A DNA stretch of 64,000 nt, from the NCBI RefSeq assembly GCF_009914755.1, contig NC_060933.1. One strand, written 5' to 3'. Shown here in pieces: positions 15,865 through 33,085 of the stretch. This DNA is from the human T2T-CHM13v2.0 reference genome, Homo sapiens. The notes under the pieces are model-generated. The model ran no database searches. It had not been told where the DNA came from and was given only the letters and a program-made list of their open reading frames with translations. The stretch's first letter is position 1, and every line of letters begins with the position of its first letter. Both the position numbers and the translations under genes were made by a program.

Positions 15865-16547
<683 letters not shown>

Positions 16548-17100
16548 TTGCTCAACAAAAACAACTAGAAGAACAGGGCAATTATTCAAAAAGGAGGTGA
16601 TAGCTTGCCATTTCTACACAAACCCACATTGCAGGGTGAGTCCTGAATCACCTTAAGGTACCAAAAAAAAAAAAAAAAGATTACAACTGGTCTCTAAGTT
16701 CAATCTACCATTTATGCTGACAATAATAGCAAGACATCTACTGGCAACCACAGTGAAAACCACAACCAACGTTTATAGAGTGCTTTGCAATTTAAGTAGT
16801 ATTTTCATATATGCTTGCTCTATCAAGCAATATGAAAAGCCTTCCGAGTCCTAGCCAGAGCAATCAGACAAGAGCAATAAATAAAAGGCATCCAAATTAG
16901 AATGAAGAAAGTCAAACTGTCACTGCCAATGATATGATCGTATGCCTAGAAAACCATAAAGACTCATCCAAAAAGTTCCCAGATCTAATAAACAAATTCA
17001 GTAAAGTCTCAGGATACAAAACCAATGTACACAAATCAGTAGCACTGCTATACACCAACAACGACCAAGGTGAGAATCAAATCAAGAACTCAATTCCTTA

Positions 17101-17416
<316 letters not shown>

Positions 17417-19133
17417 TCAATTCCTTTTACAACAGCTGAAAAAAAAAACAAAACAAAACCACTAGCAATATACTTAACCAAGATGAAAGACCTCTACAAG
17501 AAAAACTACAAAACATTACTGAAAGAAATCATAAATGACACAAATGGAAACATATTCCATGTTCATGGATGGGAAGAAACAACATTGTGAAAATGACTAT
17601 ACTGCCCAAAGCAACCTAAAAATTCAATGCAATTCCCATCCAGATAGCATCATCATTCTTCACAGAATTAGAAAAAAATCCCAAAATTCATATGGAAAGG
17701 AAAAAGAGCCCTCATAGCCAAAGCAATACTAAGCAAAAAGAAGAAATCCAAAGGCATCACATTACCTGACTTCAAATTATGCCACAAGGCTACACTTACC
17801 AAAACAACATGGTACTTATATTAAAAATAGGCATGTAGACCCAATGGAACAAAAGAGAGAACCCAGAAATAAAGCCAAATACTTATAGCCAACTGATCTT
17901 TGACAAAGCACACAAAAACATAAAGTGGGCAAAGGACACACCGGGAAAGCCACATGTAAAAGAATAAAACTGGATCCCCATCTCTCACCTTATACAAAAA
18001 TCTATTCAAAAGGGATCAAAGACTTACATGTAAAGACCTGAAACCATAAAAATGCTGAAGATAACATCAGAAAAACTCTTCTGGAATTGGTTTAGGAAAA
18101 GAATTTATGACTAAGACCCCAGAAGCAAACGCAACAACAGCAACAACAAAAAAAGAGACCTAATTAAACTAAAAAGCTTCTGTACAGCAAGAGAAATAAT
18201 CAGCAGAGTAAACAGACAACTTACAAAGTGGGAGAAAATATTTGCAAACTATGCATCTGACAAAGCACTAGTATCCAGAATCTACAAGAAACTCGAAGAA
18301 ATCAGCAAGAAAAAAATAAAAATAATAATTACATCAAAAAGCGGGCAAAGGATATCAATAGACAATTCTCAAAAAAGATATACAAACAGCCAACAAACAT
18401 ATGAAAAAAAATGCTCAACATCGCTAATCATTAGGCAAACGCAAATGAAATCCACAATGCAATACCACCTTACTCCTGCAAGAATGGCCATAATTAAATT
18501 AAAAAGTCAAAAAACGATAGATGTGGGAATGGATGTGGTGAAAAGAGACCACTTTTACACTGCTGGTGGGAATGCAAATTAGTACAACCACTATGGAAAA
18601 CTGTATGGAGATTCTTTAAAGAACTAAATGTAGAACTATCATTTGATCCAGCAACCCCACTACTGGGTATCTACCCAATGCAAAAGCAATCAGTATATGA
18701 AAAAGACACATGCACATGCATGTTTGTAGCAGCACAATTTGCAATTGCAAAGATATGGAAGCAATCTAAGTGCCCACGGACCAACAAGTGAATGAAGAAA
18801 ATGTGGTATATGTACACCATGGAATACTACTCAGCCATAAAAAGGAACGAAATAATGTCTTTTGCAGCAACTTGGATGGAACTGAAGGCTATTGTTCTAA
18901 GTGAAGTAACTCAGGAATGAAAAACCAATCCCGTATGTTCTCACTTTTAAGCCGAGGCTAAGCTATGAAGACGCAAAGACCTAATAAGAATTATATAATG
19001 GACTTTGGGGATTCAGGGGGAGAGGGAGGTTGGAAGTGGGGTGAGGGATAAAATACTACAGATTGGGTACGGTGTACACTGCTCAGGTGACGAGTGCACT
19101 AAAATGTCAGAATTCACCACTAAAGAACGTATC

Positions 19134-19486
<353 letters not shown>

Positions 19487-19925
19487 TCAAAAAAGGAAAA
19501 GCCTCTCAAATGAATTCTGAAACGTTCCTTTCCTTCTGATTCTCACAATGTGAGAAATGAAATAAAGTGAAGCACACAAAACAAAATGAGAAGGACCAGC
19601 CAAAGACCAGGCTGAGTGCTGAGCCCAAGCATGAAAGGATGAGAGTGGAAGATGGCCAGGGTGGGCCGACATCAGAGAGCTTCGTGGAAGGATAACAGGG
19701 ACCCCCATTGCAGAGTGCACCCTACATCACCTCAAGGATGAGGTGCAGACCTCAGTCTCCTCCACTCTGTGTTCCTCAGGCTGAACTTAGGGGAAATCGT
19801 TACCCACCATAGATAAGGCAGGCATGCTGAATTTTGGTGAATGTATCTCATAAACTGGAAGTTGAAAAATGATAGCTTGTGAGCTGAATCTGGCCCTCAA
19901 ATATATTTAGTTTGGTGCACCATCT

Positions 19926-20235
<310 letters not shown>

Positions 20236-20599
20236 AAGGTGCACCATTTTAATATATGAATTGCTATTGACATCTCAAAATTGGGAAATTTCACATGAAA
20301 ATTTTGGACTTCCACCTTCTGAAACCCAGCCACTGGATCTACATCTTGCAGAGATGAACAGCCCGGGCTTTGTGGAGTAAGGCCCTCTCAGCCATCTCTA
20401 GTGCTTCCAATTGCCTCCCCCAGGCATGCCTTGCTGATGTGTCTGACCTCTAGAGGCTTTGAGTTCATGATCCCTGAAGCAGGCAAACAGAGAAACTGTG
20501 TTAAAAAAAAAATTTTTTTAATTGAGCATTGACTGTTTTATTCCCATTAACAGTTTTCACAAATGTCCACTGCAGCCTCTCACAACCATGCTCAACCTG

Positions 20600-20930
20600 G
20601 ATGACCCTCCTCCAGGCGCCTGTGGGCATGCACCCCTCACTCCTGCAGGTCAGCTCAGACATCTCCATTCAGTGAGGCCCCTGGCCCACCCCACCCTGAC
20701 CACTAGCACTCACTGTCTTCTTGCTTTTTTCCAAGCATTCATTATCCAACTTCCTAAGGGACTCTACATTTATTCACTTATGTAATAGTAAGTCTATTGT
20801 TTATTCTCTGTCCCATTGCTAGAATGTAAGTTCCATGAAGCCAGGGGTCTTTGGCTGCATTATTTACTAAAGGAGCTCAAGATGCTACAAGACCCCTGGC
20901 ACACAGTAGGAACTCAATAAATGCTGGAGA
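20600..20930 (+). mobile_element. L2 3' end
   Basis: ctagaatgtaagttccatgaag...cctggcacacagtaggaactcaataaatg. Confidence 0.75.
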
Positions 20931-21152
20931 ACGAATGTGTGTCTCCAATCTACCGCTCATAAAATCTCAATTTGTCTTTCTATTGTTATTAACATGTCTC
21001 TCTGTTATGCTATTTTCATGTATATTCTGCTAGTGAAATAAATATTATCATTATTTTGATAAAAATGCATTTCCTAGAACTTTGCCATAAAGAAAGCGTT
21101 TTTGCATAGATCACATCCCCTGAGTGCTAAAAATGGGCCCTGAGGTTGACTG

Positions 21153-21636
21153 GTGTGGTGGGCTGAATAATGGCCCCCAAAGAGATCAGGTCTTAATCTA
21201 CTGGACCTAAAAATATTACCTTATACTGCAAAGACTTTGCAGATGCGATTAAGTTAAGGATCTTGAGATGGGGAGATTATCCTGGATTAGCAGTTGGGCC
21301 CTAAATGCAATCACGAGTACAAGTATTCTTATAAGAGGGAGGGAGAGGGAGAAGAGGAGGCAATGCGACCATGGAGGCAGAGAGAAAAGGGATGAAGCCA
21401 CAAGCCAAGGAATGCTGGCAGCTTCCAGGAGCTGGGAAAGGCAGGGGTGGATTCTTCTCTAGGACTTCCAGGGGCAGAGGGTGGAGTTGGGGGGTCTGCC
21501 AACACCTTGATTTTGGCCGGTGAAACTAACTGCATTCAGACATCTGGCCTCTGGAACCATGAGAGAATCAAGTTATGTTGCTCCAACCCATCCAGTACAT
21601 GTTAATTTGTTAGAGCAGCAACAAGAAGCTAATACA
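21153..21636 (+). mobile_element. MaLR solo LTR (MLT1C/D-like)
   Basis: tgtggtgggctgaataatggccccc...gaagctaataca. Confidence 0.85.
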
Positions 21637-23399
21637 ACTCTTATCCCAGATGTTGTGATCTTCATTTTCCAGATTAAGAGACTATGGCCCATTGAAAGAA
21701 AGCAACTTCCCCATCAACGTGAAGCTCCACAGTAAGCGGGGCAGGACCAGGACATGGAGCAGCCAAATCCTAGGCTGGGGCTCAGTCCCTCTACCAGAGC
21801 ACCTCCAAAAAGAAGATGTGACCTCAGAACTGTTTCCAGAAGATCATGGGAAGACATTACCATGGTTTACAACAGGACAGATAAACCAAAATGCTGCAAC
21901 TCTTGCAAGCTGTGGGTAAATGCAGAGTGATGGCAGTAGAGAGACTCCTCAGGGAGAAGCCTCTGGAAGAAATACCCCAGGCTGCTCCACTCCCTCACTG
22001 AGTGCTTGGGGGAAGACCCTCAATTTCTTCATATGTGGAAGGAAGAAGCTGGACCACACCACTGGTCCTCAGAGGCTCCATCCTTGGGGTCTTTGTGAGG
22101 GTTGAGGAGGAGCCCCAGGAGGTAGTGGTCTTTACCCCCCTACCCTTGGCAACTTCAACCTGATGTGCAGACTTCTGCCTGCCTTCCATATTGTGCCTCT
22201 GCCCCACATTTCTTCTGAACAAAAGGCTCCACAGTTCAAAATAAGTTTGAAAACCACTAAACCCAGGATTTCTAAGGTCACAGCCTTGCTAGTCTTAAAT
22301 CTCTGTGGTTCTTGAACTCCACATGTTACAGCAGCAATCAATCCACCATCGGTGTTTGTCCAGAGACTGGATCCCAGCAAGCAAGACCAAAGGGATCTTC
22401 CTGGGAGTCAGAAAGTACTTAGGAAGTGTTAACTGCAAAGTCTGTGTCCACGTCACTTTGGAAAACTCCTGTATTCACAGGCTCCAGGTCACAGCTACTT
22501 TATATCGTAAAAGTGACCCAAGCCAGCCCTCCTCAGTGGCCACTTAATGACCTGAGACACTGCTCTGGGAGTGCACAGAACCACCACATTTCTCCTCAAT
22601 GCTCTGCTAGGGCCGAGGGGCTACCGTGCTTACACAGAGCAGTAAGCACTCTAGCAAACCTGCACTAAAACCAGAAAGCAAACAGGCCAGGCACAAAGGC
22701 CACCATCTCCTAGGGGTCAGGCCTCTTAAGTAAAAGAGAATCGGATTGGCTTTTCCTTTAAGTTGTGGACTCTGACACTGAAGTGACCATTATCCCCAGT
22801 CCACTCAGACACTTGGAAGAAAATGTATTATTAAAAGCAATCGATGCATTATGAAAATGAACTGGGTAAACTGTAATTTTATTGGCTCTGAGTTCAAGCC
22901 ATAAAAGGGTAAATGTGAACAGGTGTGCCAGTTATTGTCCTTGGGTAATTGGTTAAGTATGGTAACCCCCAGAATCTACTTCTACTCAGCTCATACAACT
23001 TAAGCTGCAGAAAGTAGAAAGTGCAAAATATACCCACTTTTTAAAACTCTTTATTAAAAATTTTTAAAAAGCTTATTATATGGTCCCCACCTGGGCCATG
23101 ATTAAGCACTCATTATTGCAGTAACAATGGCCCCATTGTTATTTCATCCTAATAACCATATTTAAATTACACAAAGTTTTGAGAGCTATAGCCTTAATGA
23201 AACTGAGGCCCAGGAAGGTTGATTGGTTTTCCTAAGATTGAGAGGAACAGAGCCAGAGGCTGACCCAGAGTTCCAAATTCTCAATCCAATAATTGTTCTA
23301 ATACATGTAACAGAGAGTCGTTCACTACTGTGCCAGCTTAGACAGTCTCGAGCATATTCTATTGACCAACACAAAGAATATATGCAAGGAGTCTTACCA

Positions 23400-23831
23400 T
23401 CCTTATTGGTCAGCGTTCTCCAGAGAGGCAGAACCAACAGGATATGCATACAGAGAAAGAGAAAGATTCATTTTAAGAAATAGGCTTGCACAACTATGGA
23501 GGCTTGGTGAGTTAAAAATTTGATGGTGGTGGCCGCTAGGCTAGAGATGCAGGGAAGTTGCAGTTTGAGTCTGAAGGCAGTCTGCTGGCAGAATCCGTTA
23601 TTGCTCAACAAGATGGAATGGGGGTGGTCAGTCTTTGCTCTGTTAAGGTCTTCAACTGACTAGATGAGACCCACCCACATTATAAAGGGAAATCTGCTTT
23701 ACCCAAAATCCACCAATTTAAGCATTAATGTCATCCAAAAAACACCTTCACAGAAACATCCAGAATAATGTTTGACCAAATATCCAAGTACAGTGGCCCA
23801 GCCAAGTTAAAACATAAAATGAACTACCACA
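23400..23831 (-). mobile_element. MLT2 (ERVL) solo LTR
   Basis: gttctccagagaggcagaaccaacagg...aacataaaatgaactaccaca. Confidence 0.8.
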
Positions 23832-24139
23832 CTTTCCCACCAGACGTACAAGTCTTCACCCCCTCCACTTGTTTGCACTTATGAATATCCCAAGAAGAGC
23901 AGGAGAGGGTTGTCTATATGGGGTGACCAGGGAGAATGTAGGCAATGTCTATGGCATCACTACAGCTAGGTGACCAACAGGTAAGATGAAGGATGCTAAT
24001 GAAGATCTCACTAAGATCCACCGAGCTGGAATCAAGAGAAGGGGCTAGGTCTGCGCAGATGAAGCCTCCCTTTCTCTGAAGCTCCTGGGCATGCAAATGA
24101 TGCATGGTTTTTCTGAATTTTGTTTGTTTGTTTGTTTGT

Positions 24140-24660
24140 TTAGCTATCAATTGCTGTGAAACAAACTACCCAAAACTTAGTGGCTGGTCTCTCCCAACAA
24201 CCATTTTATCATTGCTCATGATTCTGCGATCAGGATTTCAGACAGCACACAGAGGGTGGCTTGTCTGTGTCCCATGCAATGTCTGCCGAGGCTAGAATGT
24301 CCAAGATGACTTCTTCACTCATACATCTGGTCCCTCAATTAGATCGGCTCAAGTAGCTGAAGGCTGACAGAGACACTTTATGGGAGTCAGAAGTCTGTAG
24401 CCTCAATTCTCACAGTTGGCTGGGTTCTTCAGTCTCCACGCAATCTATGGGCTTCTCTCTCTCCACAAAGTTCGATCCTTCCAAGATACACAATCAGAAA
24501 TGGCCAAACCTTCTTAAAGCTGAAGTCCACACCTGGCACTGGGTCCCCTCTACCAGCATTCTAACAGACCTGGATCAGATCAAGAGGAAGAGACAGCACA
24601 AGCGTGTGAATGCCAGGAGGCATGGCTCATTGAGAGTCACAGAAGTGACAAGCTACTTTG
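24140..24660 (-). mobile_element. Old MLT1 LTR
   Basis: aacaaactacccaaaacttagtggct motif. Confidence 0.6.
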
Positions 24661-24708
24661 TCATTCATACCTGTCTTTGGCTACATCCAAACACCCACCC
24701 AAGTCTTC

Positions 24709-25113
24709 TGTGTTAGGCTGTTCTTACATTGCTAGAAAGAAATACCTAAACCTGGGTAATTTATAAAGAAAAGAGGTTTAATTGGCTCATAGTACTGTAG
24801 GCTATACAGGCATGATGCCGGCATCTGCTCAGCTTCTGGGGAGGCCTCAGGGAGTTTTAGTCATGGCGGAAGGTGAAATGGGAGCAGGCACTTCACATGG
24901 TGAAAGCTGGAGCAAGAGCAGGAGGGAAGAGGTGTCACACTTTTTTAAACAACGAGATTTGAGAGAACTTACTCACTATCTCGAGGATGGATAATACCAA
25001 ACCATGAGGGATCTGCCCCCATGACCCAAACACCTCCCACCAGGCCCCACCTTCAACAATGGGGATTACAATTCAACATGAGATTTGGTGGGGACACAGA
25101 TCAAAACCATATT
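24709..25113 (-). mobile_element. MST LTR
   Basis: aagaaaagaggtttaattggctca...tcaaaaccatatt. Confidence 0.85.
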
Positions 25114-25489
25114 ATCTTCCCAGAATAAGAACTCTCTTATTCCTCAAGCAACTTCTTTTGGATAAGTCCCAGGTCCTATGCATCCCCTCTGCAGTTTCCC
25201 TCCTTGGCTTCCCCCATTCACTGACCTCATTTTGTCTTGAAGATCCTTTCTTACTTCCAAAGGCATTTGCACCTCACACTCATTTTTCTTCCAGTACTCT
25301 CACACTGGAGTTGATAGCCCATTAGACCCAAAAATCTTCCCCAAAGTGAAACTAGTTTCCCTTTCCTTGAGTTGAGAAGATTTAATATCCAAATTTTCCA
25401 GAAGGTTTGGAAGGAGATATTGCATTTCATTTTTCTAGTATAAAAACAAAGGGGAATAAAACAAATGAATTGCTTTTCATTTTGAGAGA

Positions 25490-25660
25490 CAGGCTGGTAG
25501 AGTGGTTAAGAGAGTTGACCCCAGAGCCAGCCTGGCGTTTAGTAGCTCAGTGTCTTCATCTATAAAGTGGGGAGTATCCACCCTATAGCACTGTCGTGAG
25601 GATTAAATTAATAAAAATATATAAAGCAGGATGAAAAACAGTAGTAAGTGTCTGCTATGA
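25490..25660 (+). mobile_element. MIR
   Basis: agagtggttaagag...gtgaggattaaat. Confidence 0.65.
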
Positions 25661-25687
25661 TAATAAAAACAGTTGTATCCTGTAACT

Positions 25688-26195
25688 TGGAGGTCCCCAA
25701 CCTTTTTGGCACCAGGAACTGGTTTTGTGGAAGACAATTTTTCCATGGACAAGGGTGGAGGGATGGTTTGGGGATGATTCAAGCACATTGCATGTATTGT
25801 GCACTTTATGTCTATTATTATATATTGTAATATATAATGAAATAATTATACAACTCACCATAATGTAGAACCAGTGGGAGCCCTGAGCTTGTTTTCCTGC
25901 AACTAGATGGTCCCATCTGGGGGTGATGGGAGACAGTGACAGATCATCAGGCATTAGATTCTTATAAGGAGCATGCAACCTAGATCCCTCACGTGTGCAG
26001 TTCACAATAGGGTTCATGATCCCATAAGAATCTAATGCCACTGCTGATCTGACAGGAGGTAAAGCTCAAGTGGTAATATGAGTGATGGGGAGTGACTGTA
26101 CATACAGATGAAGCTTCACTTGCTTGCCCACCATGTGCCTCCCGCTGCCTGGCCCAGTTCCTAACAGTCCATGGACTGGGGGCTGGGGACCCCTG
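25688..26195. mobile_element. MER1A (hAT-Charlie)
   Basis: TIRs ggtccccaacc / ggggacccctg; 8-bp TSD-like ctgtaact / ctgtaaac. Confidence 0.88.
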
Positions 26196-26495
26196 CTGTA
26201 AACACATCACACATCTTCCTCAAGTTCCCAGTGTGATAGGAGGGGAACCCAAGTTGTTATGATTTTAAAGATATCCATGTTAATCACTTTTCTTGGAAAA
26301 GGAAGCTCCATTAAGATGTGAAAAATGTGAACTTGTTTCACAGGTGAAGTAAAAAAAGATGCAAAAAAATGCTAGGCTCTTTGTCCTCAGAAAAGAATAT
26401 GGATCAATATCAGGCTTCCTCCAATATGTCCAAGTAGTGGGTTCCCAAAGGAAATATATTTGGGGACATTTTCTACCAAAAAATGGTATATCAAG

Positions 26496-26858
26496 TGATA
26501 TGGTTTGTCTGTGTCCCCACCCAAATCTCATCTTAAATTCACAGGTATTGTGGGAGAGACCTGGTGGGAGGTAATTGAATCATGGGGACACGTCTTTCCT
26601 GTGTTGTTCTTCTGATAGTGAATAAGTCTCACGAGATCTGATGGTTTTAAAAACGGGAGTTTCCTTAAACAAGCTCCTTCTCTTTGTCTGCCACCATCCA
26701 CGTAAGATGTGACTTGCTCCTCCTTGCCTTTCACCTTCCACCATGATCATAAGGCCTCCCCAGCCATGTGAAACAATAAGTCCATTAAACCTCTTTCTTT
26801 TGTAAATTGCCTAGTCTCAGGTATGTCTTTATTAGAAGCATGAAAACAAACTAATACT
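26496..26858 (+). mobile_element. THE1 solo LTR
   Basis: tgatatggtttgtctgtgtccccacccaaatctcatc...ctaatac. Confidence 0.9.
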
Positions 26859-27831
26859 TTGAGCTACAGATATATGATGTATATCTATATAAGTCTAGAT
26901 ATATGATGTATCTATATATGTATCTTATATAGACAAAACATACATGAATTACTTATATATGTATAGATTCCCAGACTTGCCCACACTAGCCTGTTGAAAT
27001 CAACATGTACTGAAAGTGTAAGAGTATGAAAGAAGCATAGTCCCTACCACACACATGGGTTCCCCCAACCTTCCCTCCCAGCTACCCTACCCAGGCTTGG
27101 GCCTTGGGATACCCTGGTTCTGAGTCACCACCCGCTGCCTCTCAACATAGTAAGGGTGGAGATGGCAGAGAAAGAAAGTGAAGGGAAAATCTCTAGGGAC
27201 CATGAGAGCTCAGGTGAGCAGGCAAACATGGAGGAAACTTTGCAACCCAAAACCTCTTCTCTGCCCAGCCCCTTCCTCCTACTCCATAGACCAAGGGTTA
27301 ATCTCTTAAGAGAGTGTCTTCAGTTTTTCTGACAATGCCATTTTCCAGGCAGACTTTCTTTTTAAAGTAGTCAAATGCTTTTTTTTTTAATAACATAGAT
27401 ATGTCCTCTTTTTTTTTCTTGCCTTAGTGGTTTCCAGCCAACCATATACTTAAACCCGCCTGACCTAGTCATAGAACATGTGGCAAGGACACAACCTACA
27501 AGCAGTGGCCCGTTTTGTGTCTGTGGCTCCACAGATCACAGAGCCTGCTCTGGATGACTTTTCTCACCCTCCTCAGGCCCACCCAATGCCTTTGGAACTT
27601 GCTGACGGATGTGGTTCTCTGGTTACGATTCTTGGCGCTCTGCAACTGATACCTGCCTCCTCTTCTCTGGGATCTTCCTGAGCTCTGGCCCCCACTCTCC
27701 TGGGTTCCCATTGGCCACTGGTGCCCCTACCTTGCTAAATCAAAGATAAGTCACAAGACAGGCCACTTTCCTTCCAGCCTTCAGCTCGGTGGCCACGCAG
27801 TTCAGGCAGTTGACCACAACCCAATGACTGA

Positions 27832-28158
<327 letters not shown>

Positions 28159-28973
28159 TGAGTTTCTTATTCTGAGCTGAAACAAAGCTCAAGAGAGGGT
28201 CCAGAAAGGCTTCTGCATAAACAACTGATACCTGAAAACAGGCAGATTTTCAATGACAACGCCTTGTTTTGCAGCACCGTGATGTCAAGATTATACTGAA
28301 TTGTGTGAATTAATTTGTTTTATAGATGAATCACAAACACTGGTTTTATTCCTAAGTAATATTTGATGAGTTTCATAACAATTTTTTTTGCAGAACCAAG
28401 AAAATAGATGACTCACAAGGGTAATAAAATAGGGTTCTCTCATTTCTCTTGGCAAAGCAAGCAGTCTCCATAAGTTAGTTTTTCTAAATACTTTTTTTTA
28501 AGCCAATAAAAAAATCTGAATGTGAACATAGCTATGGGTCATAAGATTCTCCAAGGGCCACAAGCACCTCTCACCCCGAATGTTAGATATTCTTTCTCAG
28601 AAGAGTCTCTAAAAAGAGAAATTTTCTCTCTCTTTTGAGTTATAAATAATTCACTTTACTTTTTCATCTTTGATATTTTCTGTGTTGAATATAATGTGGC
28701 AGAATCATTTTAAGGTGGGAAAAATTGTCCTAGCTTTCTTTTTTTTTAACTTTTTGGATTTCTTTGTGAGACCTTTTTTATCACCAGGCAAATTGGGGTT
28801 CACGTGTCACCAAAGCCAAGAAAATATGACAAAGCCAGAGTGCTTGAAAACAGCTGCAAAAAATTTTTTAAAAAAGGAGGGAGGGGAATGCAGAAGGGGA
28901 ACAAAAAACCTTTTAAAGACAGTCAAGAAAGATGAGGCAAGTTTTGAAATGTTAATAAAATATGGAAAGATAA

Positions 28974-29330
<357 letters not shown>

Positions 29331-29669
29331 GGAAACTGCATTTCTCATCCCCATATTCACTTCATCTAGGCCAAAACCTTCTCTTACTATCCCCAAGATC
29401 ATTATCCCCAAGGACTGTTGACATCATTTCCAATATTAAGATATATTCAAAACAAGTTCCTCCTTATCTGTTCTCTTTTGACATTTGTGCTGTGTTCATG
29501 CAACTGTTCAGAGGGCCCACTTTTCCACTTTGACTTTTCTCTCTGAGTCTCAAGGGAAAACACTTCTGATTTCATGGCCTGGACGAGCTGTCTGCACTGT
29601 CTCATCCTCTCACTTTCTCCATCATTCACTCATTCACTCATTCAGCCAAGGCTTGCAGACTTTACAGTT

Positions 29670-29900
29670 GAAAGACAGCATAGTGAAGCGTGGGTTTTAG
29701 AGCCAGACTGCCTGTTTCTTACCAGCTCCGTGACCTCAGGTGGTTGACTTACCACTCTGTGCCTCCATTTCCAATCTGTGAAATGGGAATGATGGCAACT
29801 ATTCCCAACATTATAGAATCAGTGTGAGGATTAAATAAGCCAATGTTTACAACACACTTAGTACACAGCAAACCCTCAGCAAACATTTCTATTGCTATTG
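29670..29900 (+). mobile_element. MIR
   Basis: agagccagactgcctg...tgtgaggattaaat. Confidence 0.75.
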
Positions 29901-30707
29901 CTACCTGCAACTAACTTTTATTTGGTGCTGGGTATTTCTGAAGGAGATACAGAGAAAAAAAAATGATCTTTACCCTTTACCTCTCCCTGGGAAGATGTAC
30001 TGCCACCCAAACTCAACAGATTTTTGTTTTAAATCACTGCAGCTAATTGTATTGACTTTTAAAACATGGTTTATTTGAGTATTGTAGGACCGTAGTGATT
30101 TCAGGCATCTGCACAAGTAACTTTATACACTAAGGTTAATATTGGGTCGTGAGCACAATCTCCCTTTCACCTTTGTTCCATCTTTGCTATGGAAATGGCT
30201 CCTCTCAGTGGACAAAATGAGTAATTACATATCCACATCCTCCCATTTAGAGGTCCTGTTCACCATAGTCACCAACATCATTAGTTAATTATTTAATGGA
30301 ATTAAATTAAATTGTTTGTGTATAAATCTATTTGCACAAAGATTTAGTCCACAAATTCAAATCCTATTACAATCGTACAACATCATAATTTCCTATCAGA
30401 AATTTAATACTGAGCTGTCCCCAACAAAACTCAAAGACATATTTCTACCTAATTAAAATGATGTGTATTCACCTAAAGATGTTTGTGAGGAGCAAGTAGC
30501 TTATATGCTTGTTTAATCCAAAGAATGTTTTAAAGGTTCGTCTGGGCCCTTGAAATCAGCAACATGAAATTGGAGGCCCCTATGTTAAGTGACGTCTTTT
30601 TACAGTAACTAGATTAAAAGGAGTGAATTGTCTAAATGTATGTTAGTTGAACATATACATTTATATATGTAAAAATATACATATACATTTTGTTGAATTC
30701 AATCACG

Positions 30708-30760
30708 GATGATGATGATGATGATAATGATGATGATGTTGATGAAGATGAAAATAAAGA
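30708..30760. repeat. (GAT)n microsatellite at a MIR tail
   Basis: Imperfect gat repeats. Confidence 0.85.
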
Positions 30761-30764
30761 TCAC

Positions 30765-31000
30765 GATGATAGCTAACACTTATGCAACATTTACTACATA
30801 TGTGTCAGGCACTGTTTACAAACCTCACATGAGGCATTTCACTTTGTCCTCACAAAAACTCTTTCTAGTAGATGCTCTTATCATCCTCACTTTACAGATG
30901 AGGAAAGAGTCACAGAGCTTCAAACAACTTGTCTAGAGTACACAGCTAGGAAGTTGCTGAGCTGCAACTTGAACCTTCTTCCTGTGCCTAACAACTACAC
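30765..31000 (-). mobile_element. MIR
   Basis: catcctcactttacagatgaggaaa. Confidence 0.75.
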
Positions 31001-31124
31001 TATTATTCATCTTCAATAATGACTGGAAATAAAAAACTTGAATGGTATATGAACATTCACTTGTAGAGTTGGAATAAGTTATATGTATTCATAAGCATAT
31101 GGTTAGTGAAAATGAAATATTATT

Positions 31125-32172
<1,048 letters not shown>

Positions 32173-32200
32173 AAAAGAAGGGAGGAAGGAAGAAAGGACT

Positions 32201-32485
32201 GGCTGGGTATGGTAGCTGGCACCTGTAATCCCAGCACTTTGGGAAGTCGAGGTAGGAGGATCATTTGAGCCCAGGAGACAGAGACCAGCCTGGACAACAT
32301 AGTGACAACCTGCCTCTACAAAGAATAGAAAAAATTAACCAGGTATGGTAGTGCATGCCTATAGTCCCAGCTACCTGGGAGGCTGGAAAGGAGAATCGCT
32401 TGAGCCTGGGAGACACAGGCTGCAGTGAGCCATGATTGCACCACTGCACTCCAGTCTGGGTGATGGAGCAAGATCCTGTCTCAAC
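32201..32485 (+). mobile_element. AluJ
   Basis: Diverged Alu whose tail has become a GA-rich tract. Confidence 0.9.
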
Positions 32486-32835
32486 AAGAGGAAGAAGAAG
32501 GATGAGGAGGGGAAGAAGGAGGGGGAGGAGGAGGAAGAAGGACTAACAAAAGACTCAAAGAAGAAGGAAGAAGAAGGGGAGGAGGAGGAGGAGGAGAAAG
32601 AAGAAGAAAGAAGGAGGAGAAGGAGAAGAAAAGAAGAAGAAGAAGAAGAAGAGAAGAAGAAAAGAAGAAGAAAGAAGAAGAAAGAAAAGAAGAAAGAAGA
32701 AGAAGGAAGAAGAAGAAAGAAGAAGAAAGAAGAAGAAGAAGAACAAGAACAAGAAGAACAAGAAGAAGAAGAAGGAGGAGGAGGAGGAGAAGAAGAGGAA
32801 GAAGGAGAAGAAGAAGAAGAAGAAGAAGAAGAAGA
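32486..32835. repeat. GAA/GGA polypurine microsatellite
   Basis: About 350 bp almost entirely purine on the + strand. Confidence 0.95.
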
Positions 32836-32851
32836 CCTAATAAAAGACTCA

Positions 32852-33085
32852 GTGTAGTCCAATGGTTAATAGTGTGGGGCTAGGGGTAGGCTTTCTGGGT
32901 TCAAATAGAGTTTGACCACTGTGGGACCTGAGGTAAGTTATTAAACCTCTGTGCCTCAATTTCCTCATATGAGATAACACTTATTACTTCAGAGCCGTCA
33001 TGAGGATTAAATTAATGTTTTTAAAGCACTTAGAATAGTATCTGGCATACAGTAGGTTCTCAATAAGTATTCGTAGCATGAATAA
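32852..33085 (+). mobile_element. MIR
   Basis: ctgggttcaaat...tgtgcctcaatttcctcat...tgaggattaaatt. Confidence 0.75.

Noticed and set aside
32371-32862. 141-163 aa E/K-rich and S/F-rich ORFs
   Set aside because: They are translations of an Alu end plus the GAA microsatellite and are stop-free only because of base composition
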